NCBI RefSeq assembly: GCF_018350175.1
Contig: NC_058383.1
Location: 3,348,001 to 3,412,000 of the forward strand
DNA length: 64,000 bases
Reading direction: 5' to 3'
From: Felis catus
Lineage: Eukaryota
A program made the translations under genes and the position numbers. The notes below the pieces were generated by a model. That model did no database searches. It saw only the letters and a program-made list of their open reading frames with translations, and had not been told where the DNA came from. Position 1 is the stretch's first letter; every line of letters starts with the position of its first letter. This document shows, piece after piece, positions 23,040-34,816 of the stretch.

Positions 23040-23235
23040 TTTTTTAATGTTTATTTATTTAATTCTGAGAGTGAGAGAGAGCAGGGGAGGGGCAGAGAGA
23101 GAGGGGGACGGAGGATACGAAGCGGCCTCCACAGTGACGGCAGAGAGCCCGATGCGGGGCTCAAACTCTCAAACCACGAGATCGTGCCCTGAGCTGAAGT
23201 CAGAAGCTTAACCGACTGAGCCACCCAGGCGCCCC
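23040..23235 (-). mobile_element. Can-SINE, antisense
   Basis: tttttaatgtttatttattt...cttaaccgactgagccacccaggcgcccc; degenerate TSD (aagtgtactttt / aaatgcactttt). Confidence 0.93.
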
Positions 23236-26200
23236 TAAATGCACTTTTTTAATTAAACACAGCCTGGACCATTTCCCCTCGTCAGCTCTGTAGTGACTCA
23301 GGGGTTCCGTGGGGAGACCGGCTGGGATGAGGTGCTGTTTCGGTGCTCAGGCGCTGTATTCCGGTGGCCACAAAGAGGCCTCCGTCTAAAGCGGCTGCCT
23401 CTGGGGCTGCACGGTGCCCGTCCGTTGCTGACCTCTGCTGACCTCTGCAGAAAGCCTCTTCTGAGTCAACACCTTCACCTCAACCACCTAAAACCAGCCT
23501 GGGAGATGTTCAGTTGAAAACACCACAGTAAAGTCTCCATTAAGGAAATGCTTGGGGGAAGGCGTGTTCTAGTTACTTAATTTCTGGTTAACTTAGCACA
23601 ACCAGAGTTTTTATCAGGAGTAAACGGCGTTACGTGAAAGGAAGATGATGGATTCGGGGTGGAGCCTTTCCTTTTTTTAAATCCTTCCTCTGCCATTTGA
23701 ACTCCTATGACTTTGGGCCTCAGTTTCCTCGTCTGTGAACGGGGGGCAGTCGTAGGTGTTTTCTGGTCTCGTTAGATCAAATGGGGAGACGTTTATAAGT
23801 CATTTAGTGATGTGACGGTGGCTACCTGGGAACGTGGGGAAGGATGGTTCCCTTCCCTCTTCCCTTGTTTTCATTCTTCTCGGAAGTAATTCTTAATACG
23901 TCGGCATATGGCGTTTAAAAGTCCCGTGTTCGTGTAGAGCATTGAAGGAGAGGGTAATATTCCCAGTGGAGGCAGCAGTGACTCATTATTGTGGAATATT
24001 TATGACAAAATAACCAATCATTAGGGATTTCAGGTGCTTTTATATCTCAGATACTATGGAATAGCAGAAATAAAGAGGTCGCTTTCCTCTTTTTAAAATG
24101 CTGGATATTCTTCTTTGCATCTTTTTTTCTAAAAATTGAATGTGGGGAAAAAATTGGCAGATAAGTCTGCGTGACAGGCTAAAAATGGCAGATAAAGCAC
24201 CTCTAATACTCCTGTCACTTAAAAAAGAGGCAAAAACCTTCTAAAAAGCAGCAAAAGACTGAGAGACCGAGGTGCGCAATGACAGAAGAAAAGAGACAGG
24301 ACAATTCGCAGGCAGGAGACGAAGCCAGCTCCCGAGAGCAGCTGTCAGATGTTAGGACGGTGGCCACAGGGGACGAGGTGTCAGCCTGGGGACACCTGGC
24401 GCTGGACCACGGAGGGGCTAATTGCGACACGGAGCTGGAGACAGAGGGAGGAGTTAACAGTTTGTCTCTGGAACAATCTACTTCGTACCCCGCTGCTGTA
24501 TGCAGAATTCTCAGCAGCCAAACAGGACAGACATGAACACAGGGTGAGGTTCCCCTCCACAGAGGACACATGGGACACATGGCTCAGGGGAGAGACCTCT
24601 GCTCTCTGGGATTCAGGGTGTCTTCAGACAGTTCCAACATGCCACACCAGATGGTCACACGGGGGCAGGGGCGTTTCTGCGCCTTGTTAATCCACGTGCC
24701 CAGTCAGATTCGATTGAAATTTAAAGACATTTTTTTAAAAGAAGAGAGCGCTCTAGCATTGTGTTCTGTCATGAGCACCGTCCCTGCTGTTATTGCGAGA
24801 TCTGGATTCTGGGCACTTCAGTAAAATTTTGCCGAAAAGTGGTCACGGCAGCTTCAACAGCAAATGCATAGCGTTACAGCCAGAAGACCGTGCTGTGATC
24901 TTGCTGGTGGTGGTTCCCGTAAGGCAAGGACACCTCGCCGGCGGCCCCGTGCGTGTGTCACGGATGCTCCGTTTAGGAACGACCGCATTTCAGCCTGCAG
25001 CTCTCACACCCACTCCTTCAGCCAGTGTCCTGTGCCCCGAATCAAATCCAAGCAGTCACTGGACTTGTGCCGCCAACCCCGCAGGGTGAGGGCCTCCCGA
25101 GACAGGTGCGTGGGCGTGCGCGAAGGGGTTTTGTGGAAATGGTCACCACCCCACTTGAAGCACACTTAGGGGCCGCTCCATGTTTCGGTGTGGCCGCGAC
25201 CCGTGACAGAGTGGCGCTGCTCTGTCCCACCCGCCCCCGGGGAGCTGTGAGCTCGGCCTTGGTGCTTCTCTGTCCCATGCACGGTCTCCCGGGGTCAGCG
25301 TGCAGTCGAGGCCGCCCGGCCTGGGGCCCGTCCTCCCCGGGCGGTGACAAGTGCTGAGCACGGGTTTCCTCTTCTGCCGCCGAGGCGGAGCGGTGATTAA
25401 TGCCAAATTAGCACCTTGCTCGGTGACCTTTCAGCATTCACTGCTGCCCTTCTTCACTTCACATAACTATTTGCAAATATTAGCTTCTCAGGTCATTTCT
25501 CCTCATCAGCAACTTTCACAGATGACAGGCAGGTTGTTAATCTGATTGGCAGTCGGCTCCTGTCCTTTGCCCCATCACGAAAGTGTCTGTACTCCGGCGT
25601 GTCGTCAGGAATCTGGTAACCAGCCCAACGGTCTCTCTGCAGTTAGAAGCGGAGAGCCTCAGGAGGAGGCTGTCAGAGAGGCCCTGCGGGGCTCACTTGG
25701 GAGGCAAAGAGGCCGGGAAAGGAGAAGGCCGCTTCAGCCTTCCAGGAGGCCCCGGGACACTGGGAAGCCGGCCTCCATCAATGTCATCGGTGTTCGGTTA
25801 AAAAAAATTAATTCGTTGGCCCTGCCTGCATCAAGTTTTGTTTTTAGTTGACGCGAACCTTTCATTCAAAACTCACATACCGCTTAAGCAATGAAACCAG
25901 GACGCAGAGCTGTGGAGAATTAGTGGTGATACAAAGCCAGTCCTCGGTTTCCCTACCGTTCTCCCGGTGGCGCCAGCCCGCTGCGGTCGGGCGGCCAAGG
26001 ACTGGTCCCTGCCAGAGCCCCCCACGCTCGCCGGGGCTCTCCAGCGTCAAGCGCTAGATGAAACATTTCACATTCGCAGAACTTACATTTATTTTTATTT
26101 CCAGTCTCTGCCGTCTCCACCCTTTATGGAAATTCCTGTTCTAGAAATGTTTGATCCGTCATCATTTCCCCTAAATAAACAGCGGTAAAGTGTACTGTGG

Positions 26201-26923
26201 GTAGTTTGATTTCGATGCTACATGGATTTTAGAGAAAAGTGGCAAAAACGTGTGCGGGTTTTTTTTCTCCCTTGTCACCAGAAGTAGGAGCTAAATTATT
26301 TATAGTTTGATACTCGCAAAACAGAGGTGGATTCAGGATATTTACTTCTCCGAGAAGAAAAAGGGATTGAAAGTACGCGGGCAGAATAGAACCCTTTGTT
26401 GATTGAATGTGTTTGCTCCGGGGAGTCCCCTTTGGGCCCAAGTACGAGAGCCGGCCACTTTCGAACACCACACGTGCCCAGCAGAGTGCCCGACACGTGG
26501 AATATTTGTGGAACTGAGCAGATTTGAAAGTAGTGGGGGGACTAGGTGACTCAATAAGCAAAGTCTTAAGTCAATAAAAAAATAAAGTCAGCAAGCAGTT
26601 CGGAAAACGTTCCTCACTTCACAGTCCTGAGCCACGTGACGTCCAGGCGGCGTTGTGACGCTCTGGTTCCCTCGATTTCTTGCCAGAACGTACCCTTACC
26701 GGCCGTGGGTTTCACACCAGGCTCCCACGGTCGGATAAAGGCCAGTGACAGTGTCCTCGCCCAAGGGCTTCTCACGGGGAGCGCGGGGGGAGGTTGGGGT
26801 AGGGTCCTGACGCCCGGGCGTCCCGTCTCCGTGGCTCGACAAGACCCCCTGTTCATCCTGTTCCAGTCTCCACATCCTCCCTACTTCGGAGGGTCCCATG
26901 GTCTTCTGCTTTCTCTGCCACAG

Positions 26924-27035
26924 GAGATGCTGGCGCCCCCGAAACCGTGGCTCCCGTCATTGTGATCTCCCCAGGCAACAGAAGTGTGGTGGCCGGGTCC
27001 AGCGAGATCACCTTGGAATGCGTGGCCAACGCCAG
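26924..27035 (+). CDS. SDK1: SDK1 exon ~6 (112 nt, phase 1-2), first half of Ig3
   Basis: Acceptor ttctctgccacag|GA, donor GCCAG|gtatgc; translates [37 protein letters not shown](R), including the B-strand Cys. Confidence 0.96.
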
Positions 27036-27754
27036 GTATGCTGCCGGTCGCCCCCTGGGCCTACAGAGCCCATATAACTGCCGTGAGGTTTATCTGGAGT
27101 GGAAGGACGCACCACACGCGTGCTCTGCCCTTGTAGCAACGGTGGCCTTGTGTGTCCAGCGGGGCTATGAGCACAGCGGGCCGGGGAGACAGGGAGCCGA
27201 ATTCCCAAGTCTGGTGCCACAGTACTTACGTTGACGGTGATGTTCGTGCCGGAAAGCACCGCTTTTCAGTTTAGCCGTGGGGGACTGTGGAGATCCTCCT
27301 CCTCGGAGACTCCAGACGAGGGCGAGCCAGGAGTGAAATCCCACGGGGGCACTGGAAAGAGTTAATCCCTCCTCTCCTCCGCAGTCCGAGGTGCTCTCGG
27401 CCTGGCTCGTGGTGGCTCCAGAATCGAGTTCCCGTGATCATGCCTCCCGTGTAGCCGTGTCCCCTAGTAGTATTTATTTTAAACATTCTTTTCCCGAGCA
27501 CATGGAGTCGTTAGCACTTATGGTCCATTGCTGCTGCAATTAGCTCTCCTTGTTCAGTAGCCCTTGAGCGCAGTGTATTGTTGACGCATGCCGCAAGGGA
27601 GCACAGTTGTGTCTGGATTGATTTTTAAATGTCCACTGTTCAGCCCGCCATGGTTCCTGGTAGAATTAGCTTTGTCAGGCTTGTGCTGAATGCCTCAAAT
27701 TATTGTTATTGCCGTCTGCGTGACTCACAATTATCGTCACTAATGCTCTCCCAG

Positions 27755-27945
27755 GCCTGTTGAGTCGCTGAGCGTGAACTGGAAGAGAAACGGGGTGAGG
27801 GTCACCAGTGGGCTCCACGGCTTTGGGAGACGTCTCACCATCAGCAACCCGACGTCCGCGGACACCGGGGCGTACGTCTGCGAGGCGACACTGACGGGAA
27901 GCACTTTCGAACCAGCCACGGCGAAAGCCTTTCTTTCTATCATAG
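27755..27945 (+). CDS. SDK1: SDK1 exon ~7 (191 nt, phase 2-1), second half of Ig3
   Basis: Acceptor cactaatgctctcccag|G, donor ATAG|gtaatg; translates (R)PVESLSVNWKRNGVRVTSGLHGFGRRLTISNPTSADTGAYVCEATLTGSTFEPATAKAFLSII(E), with Ig Trp and DxGxYxC motif. Confidence 0.97.
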
Positions 27946-30113
27946 GTAATGCTCAGCCGCCTAGCATCACCCGCAGCCTCAGGTGGCAGTCCCACACGGG
28001 CACGTCCTGGGAAATGGCACAGCGACACCCGCGTTTCACCGGCTTTCTTTCTCGCTCAGGAGATGAGGGCGCAGTTAGATGAGCTTCCAAAGTCACCCCG
28101 CTCTTCCTTTTCTGAGAACATAAACCCCTTAAATCCAAAGCGCTGATATTCTGAGTACCTACTAGAAGTGGTATTCTGGATACTTCCGATCATAAAGCAT
28201 GGGGGATGGGGGGTGAGGTCCTTGTGGCGTAGATCTTGAGCCGGCCCCTGCACCACTGAGCTCCTCTGTTACTCTCACCGGGCTCTTATGATCAGTTTTC
28301 AGAGATCTTTTGACCCAGAAAAAGAAACTTCTGGATAATACCTTTCATGAGGTTAAAAAGTGGGAACAGAGCCGCTCCCCCTAGAACGTGTGCCAAGTGT
28401 CATTCCTGAGCCGAGGAGAGCGAGAAGTTAAAATGAGGCACACGGGAGTCGCGGTGCACGCTGGCGAGCATCGGTGCCCGGGAGGCGTGCCTGGTGCGGT
28501 GGCAGAGGGAGGCCTCGCTTTATTTTCGGATTGCGAGAAGATGACACTGAATTGTGAGGCAGGTCCTTTATTTCTTACGTTCTTCAGTTCCTGTAACACT
28601 TTCTGGTCTTCTTAGTGGCTGCGGTCACTGTCGTCGTGACCTGTGCAGCAGAGTGGTAGCCGCAACAGGTAAGAGGTCCCCTGGAGGCCGACCCCAGGAA
28701 GGGGGATCTCCACCTCCTCTCTCCTCTTCGGGAAGAAGAGAGCCAGAAACGAGAAGGGTCAAATCCGCAGAGAGCCCCGGGCAGGGTAGTGGCTCCTCAC
28801 GTGACATATTTTGCCGTTTACCACTTCACAAATTAAGAAAAAATAAAAGCTCCTATTTTCATATGACATTGGCCAGAGTACGGAGAAATCCTACAGAAAA
28901 GGCCGTTTGCCCAGAGTGCATCACGTTCCTTTAAGTCATTGTGAAAAGGCTCCACGGCCTGTGAACGACTCTGTCGAATACACGCCAACCTTTCAGCCCC
29001 TCCGAGCGGAGCACAGAGATTTTTAAAGTATCGGGAAAGCAGGCCTGGAGACCCACACCGCTGCTGACTCCATGCTGGGGGCTGTGCTGGCTCTCTGGCT
29101 GGCTCGCTCTCTGTGCCTTCGAGGCAGAAACACCACAGCCCCCTTCCCTGCGAGGACTCCCCACGAGGGTCTGTGTGTAGCTGTCTGAGCACAGACAGCA
29201 CAGAGCGAACCAAAATTAAAATTTGCGGCATGGAAGTCTCCAGGAGACAGCCCTAGATTGTGTTAAAACATTTTAAGGTAATTTAAACAGGAGAAGAAAT
29301 TTATCTTCCTAGAAACCAGAATGTTTGTTTCCATCATAATTCCTTTTAAAAATATTCAAGTCTATCATGTGAACTTTGGTTTTGCATTTACAGCTGAATT
29401 CCGAAGCAGATTGCTCTGTATTCTCTAGAGTTCCCGTCTCTCTGCATGTCCTGGCTTTTAAAGGTATACAGTCTGCGAATGTAAATGTGGATTTACATCC
29501 CCTTTTATTCACAAGAATTTGCTGTGACAGGTAGGATTTTGTGGTTGAATCACCCCGGAAAAGCCCTGAAGAGTGCCTCTGTCAATCCGGAGCGGCTTGG
29601 GAGATCACGGAGGGAGGGTCCCCAGGCCCCGTGGGGCCGGGCAGGGAGGTGTCCCTGCACAGGCAGCTGGAAGAAGGCGGGAGCGCCCTGGCTTTCGGTC
29701 ACTTTGATCGCGCACTGATGAGACAAGACAGACCAGTGGCCGCTCTTTGCTCCGCCTGTCAGCCTCGCTGGCGTGTCGCTCGATCTCTGAGGTTTAAAGG
29801 GGATCGCGGGGGTCTGGCCGCGGGCAGTGTCATACCTGCCGGAGGTCCTGGTGACTCTGCGTGACCAGGAACGCCGGCCTCCTGGGTCCATGTTCCCTTC
29901 CACAGCCTCCTCCATAGCCTCCCCCGTCTCCCTGCCACTCACACCCCATGTGGTGAGGCAGACGCCTCCGTCCGCCGGCATGTCCCCTCGCCCTCCCTGC
30001 CTTGACCGCCAGCGCCGCCATTCCTTCGTGTGGCCTTCCCTGGCCCCCGAGTCCAGCCGCCCACTGCACAGGGCCAGGCACGTACCACGCGGAGCCCAGG
30101 CACTCACCACGTG

Positions 30114-30193
30114 GCAGGTTGGAACACAGATCTGACAGACTGCCGGGTGGATAGCAGGTTGGAGCACGGGTCTGACAGACCGCTGGGTGGACA
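30114..30193 (+). repeat. 40-bp tandem duplication (2 copies)
   Basis: gcaggttggaacacagatctgacagactgccgggtggata / gcaggttggagcacgggtctgacagaccgctgggtggaca, 34/40 identical. Confidence 0.9.
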
Positions 30194-32399
30194 GTGGAGC
30201 TCCCTCTCTGTTGTGATGGACATATCATTTGGAGGCCGTGCTCCATCTTGGCTTTTCCCAGTAGATGAGCCGACTTGGTCACGTCCTCATTTCAGCTGCC
30301 CTGCCTCTCCCGGTGGCGTTTCTGTCACCTCCCAGGTAAACCGTGGCCGTGAACCTCGTCTCCCTGTCTGTGTCTCTGGGAGGCCGGCCCAGCACTCTGC
30401 GCCCACAGACTCTGAGCACCTGTGCCTACCTGTGCTCGGGATGAATGCCTTTCCGCCCCAGGCCCCACCTCACCTGGTGGTGAGTCTGTGTGTCCTTCGA
30501 GACCCCTCCCCGAGGTCACCACCTGCTCCAGAGCGTGCGTGCGGGCATCCTGGTGGGTCAGCCGGGCACTGCATGTAACAGGGCGGGCTGTGGGGACAGG
30601 CCTGGGCTCACACTCTCCCAGCACCACCCACTGGCTCAAACGAGGCCCCCTGCCTCTGTTGGTCTCAGTTTCCACATCTGTAACACGTAGACAAGGTAGG
30701 AGATCGTACCGCTTCCTACCGTGAGCAGTAAAAGGCAGTGCTGGTCACAGAAGCACTAAAACGGTGGCTTTGTTGGTTGGTGGTGCAACTCTGTCACAGC
30801 ACGGGGGATGCTGGTTGTTTACCAGCAGCTGGTCACGTGGCACACGTTTTCCACAAGTAGTGTCTCTGAAAGCAGGATGTGTCTCACAGTCCACGGCAGC
30901 GTTTTCTCCTCTCTTGGTGGTAAATAAGACAGCGATGCCTCTTACCTACGACTGCAACGTCTCAGACGCGGTGAGACATATTGCGCCCATCTTCCGGTCC
31001 CGACCGGCAGACCGATGCTTTCTCCTGTCACCACCGTTCACGCGCTTGCCCTGCTCCAGTGAGCGCCGGCGTCCTGGCACGCCGGCCCCCGCTGCGCTCA
31101 CACACGGGTTGGGGAGGGTGGGTGCAGTAGAGAGCGGTCTCTGGTTTGCACACGCAGATCATCCAGGAACTCCGATACCGTAACTGTCATCAGAATCACA
31201 AATCACACGTAACGTCTCTTGGCTGATAACAGTACCACAGTCGCGAAGTTCTACCTGTACCGAACTGAGAGCGAGCCCCTCTCAAATGTCCGAACCCCAA
31301 CATAAAATCTTCCCTTCCCCCTCTCCTCCCTTCCTCCCGTCTTTCTCTTCCTTCCTTTCCTCCACTTCCATGTATCGAGTCTCCATCTCTGACACCGTAT
31401 GGAGCACCGGGGGCAGAGGGGTGGAGAGGTAGCCATGCTCCCAGGCATCAGGGATTCTCGTGCGGGAGGCAGCCCCTTCACGAGGCTCTCACAACTCAGC
31501 ACAGTGAGTGCGAGGCTGTGGGGAGGGGCGCCCTGACCCTCACACGGCAGGTGCAGGGGGCAGAGGCTGTCTTGGCATGTGGCCAGAACAGAATCCTACA
31601 GCGAGCCGAACCCTCTCGCGCTGCCCTATAACTCATTCACGTTGGTTTAGGATAAACTCAAGATGTCTCCTTTCTGGTTTTCCAGATGGCCTGTGTTAGA
31701 AATACCCACGTTAATCATTGGTGCCCCGTCACAGCTAGAACTTCTCTGTAGCACAGGTCATGGCCGAATGAAGCTCAGAAAACAGAGCTGTTACAGAGCT
31801 GTTTCTAAAGCGAGGAAAATTCATACAAGGCGAACAACCAGCGGTGTTTGGGTCGTTTGCCCTGTGTGCAGGATTGGCGGGCTGGCCATGATGCCCCAGG
31901 AGGGAGCAGGGAGGGTGTTCCTCTGGGGACCGTCTGTCCCCCAGGGCTCCCAGGCCGTCTCTGCCCTCCTGCCCACACACCAGCCGTTCGTGGAGGGCAC
32001 AGCGTGTGCGAGCCCCTGGGCTGAAGCACTGGCGTGGGCCAAGCGCGAACAGGGAGGATTTGCCAAGATGAATAGGACACGCCTGCTCCCCGAAGGACTT
32101 CAAGGATTTAAGGTCTTTGGTAACCTCCAGTGTATCTCTCTCCAGCAGACAGTTTTTGCGTCTCCTCTGAGACTGTGCCGGGCGCTACCAAGACGGCGAT
32201 GAGGAGGACGCCGTCCCTCTCCGCGGAAGCTCCAGTGTGGAGGGGGACCCTGCCCGTGGAGGTCGGGGGCACTGTGCAGAAGAAGGGTGCTAGGGCTGAG
32301 CTCACGACTGACACGGCGTTTGTCCACAGCTGCCTCCTGCATAGAAGCTGGAGCCCAGGGGCTGCTCGGGTCCCCTAGTCCCCGCGGACGGGCTCAGCC

Positions 32400-32871
32400 G
32401 GTTTCTCTGCTGCTGGTGTCAGGAGGCCAGCGTCAAGGCTTTGAGTGGGCTGGGCTCTTTCCTGAGTGTTTTGGGAGAGGATCTACCTCCAGGCTCCCTT
32501 GGGGTGGGCGGAGTCTTGTGCGTGGGCTTGTGCGTGGCTTGTGAGACTGGAGTCCCCGCATCCTTCCTGGCTGTTGCTCGGGGTCACCGTTAGGCTCCAG
32601 AGCCCCTCCCCCTGGCCTGGGCCACCTTCTTCTCCACAGCCAGCAGCACAAGCCAGTTCATCTCCTCTGCCAACGGCAAGGAAGCCGCTGCTTTTAGGGG
32701 CCCCGGCGATGGGACTGGGCTCACCCAGCTAATCCAAGGCCAGCTCTGTGCTCTAACGTCGACGGCCTTAATCACACCGGCTGAGGCCATCTTGCCATGT
32801 AGCCCTCGTGACATGTTCTCAGGTCCTGGTGACTAGGGGGTGGACACCTTGGGGCCATTCTTCCCACTGCA
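32400..32871 (-). mobile_element. MLT1 (MLT1C-E-like) MaLR LTR
   Basis: gctcacccagctaatccaagg...ccttaatcaca...cttgccatgta...gactagggggtggacaccttggggccatt matches the reverse of the MLT1 5' end; left boundary approximate. Confidence 0.7.
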
Positions 32872-34304
32872 ATGGACAGAGACACCAGGTGTGGACGATG
32901 GTACTAGAAGGGCACACCGTGGAGTGAGTTGGCCATTCTGGAGCTGAGAGGAAGACAGAACAGGGGGCATGCGTGGGTCTTGTGAGCCCTACTCAGGACC
33001 GGCCCTGCAGATCACACTTGGGAGCTTTGGCAGGAGAGTGTGACGAATCCTTGGTGCACACGGACCGTCTGCCATAGCTGCCTCCACGAGGCCAGAATGA
33101 GTGCTTGAAGTCCCTGAGGTTTTGGAGGGTGGAGAATTTCACAGCGACTCCGGTCTTAGGCTTCCAGGGAGACTTCCCATCTCCTGGTCCAAGACTGGGC
33201 AGTGGGGGTCCCTGGGCGGATGTGGAGGACGATCAGCGTGGCCGCCATCTCTCAACCCGGGATGGGACCGTTTCCTTGATGTCTTCGTATGGTTTCGAGA
33301 GAGAGGAAAGTGTTAGTTGCCATCCCCAGTTTTATTGGCTGCAGTCGTGGCAAAGTTTTGAAATTCCGGTGTGCACCACTGTTGGCAGTGTGCCCTTTCT
33401 AGAAAGGGTCGCTACCAATCAGCTGAGACACACACCTGCCCCTCGGAGGTTAAGTGGCCGCAAGAGTCTGTGCGCAAGACAACTCGTTCACGACAGATTT
33501 TCCCCAGTACTCAACCCACAGCCCTTTGGTTGTGAATATGCTCGCTATGCCCCCCGCTTTTTCCCATACAGCTGACTACGTGTAAGAGTAGGCAGGAGTC
33601 CAGAGAAAAAGGTCTTCTGAGCACCTGTTGAGTTATGCTGATACAAAGGGTGAGCAGTGAGAGAAATCATCACATGCACATGGTGGGGGAGGCACGACCA
33701 TCGCAATCAGAAGCTGTGCAGGCCTTTTCAGAGTCTTGGCCACTGCACACCCACTCTGCTTTGCTCAGCCACCTGGAGAAGTTTCAGGAACAGGGCAAGA
33801 GTAAATGAACAAACACGCTCTGTCCGTGCCATTCCTGGCCTTCCTCGTTGTCCGCCTCTAAAACCTCCCTGGTCATCGCCTTCAGAGGAGAGAGACAGCG
33901 CTTTGCAAGCTTTGGCCGGACGCCCTTGCAGACTGTGCCCGGGGAGCCTGACGGCCATGCCGCTGGTGCTGCAGAGGGTGTGGGGCGAGGCACCCATGGT
34001 AACTGTGTGGGGTCGGGAATGGCAGTGTTCGCAGATGAGTGGCCTCGGCCAGGCCTCTGATGCCCCCCAGCCTGAGAGCCATGCCTCTGCTCAGCTCCCG
34101 CCAGCTTCGGGCCACCGTGTGGAGAGCACCCCAGGTCTCTGAGCCCGGGCTGGGTGCTTCCCTGGCACGTGGGGGAAGCCTTGCAGCGTCGCGGAGGAGA
34201 GAGGGGCGACACCAGGACACTGGCCCGGTACCTGGGGAAGGCTGTCTGGTCCTGGACACGTTGACCATTCATTTGTGTGGGTTTCTATCATCAAAGTGCA
34301 CTTC

Positions 34305-34816
34305 CTCTTGGATGAATCTCACGGGACTTGGGCCAAGTGAAAAAAACCAGCTCCAAAGGTCACATGCTGTGTGATTCCGTTCCTGTCACATTCTTGAAAT
34401 GACAGAATTATACACGGAGAACAGAGGAGTGGTTGCCGGACGCGAGGGATGGGATGTTGGGTGGCCATGATCGTGAAAGGGCAGTGTTTGGGACCCTGGG
34501 GTAACGGACCCATTCTGCCTCTTGACAGCGGATACAGAGGCCTGCACCCTGGTAACATCGTGTAGGGCTAAACCCTCACCCGCGCGTGCGCGCTCCCGCA
34601 TACATGTACAAGCAAGACCGGGGGCGGGAGGAGGGTGGGAGGAGGCCAGGTCACCTGTGTCACTGTCAGTACCTTGGGTGTGATGTTGGACTGTAGTTTT
34701 TTGCAAGAGGTCACTGTTGGGGCGAGCTAAGTAGAAGGTGCCTGGTGTCTCTACTATTTCTCACAATGGTGTGGACTCTACAATGACCTCAAAATACGAT
34801 GTTTAATTTAAAAAAG
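34305..34816 (+). mobile_element. L1MC-like 3' end
   Basis: tggatgaatctc...caaaggtcacatgctgtgtgattcc...ttttgcaagaggtcactgttgggg...ctcaaaatacgatgtttaatttaaaaaa. Confidence 0.8.

Noticed and set aside
26223..26287. Short ATG ORF (MDFREKWQKRVRVFFLPCHQK) considered as an alternative first exon for exon 6
   Set aside because: It ends in a stop, its only possible donor is phase 2 whereas exon 6 needs phase 1, and it is not a good signal peptide.
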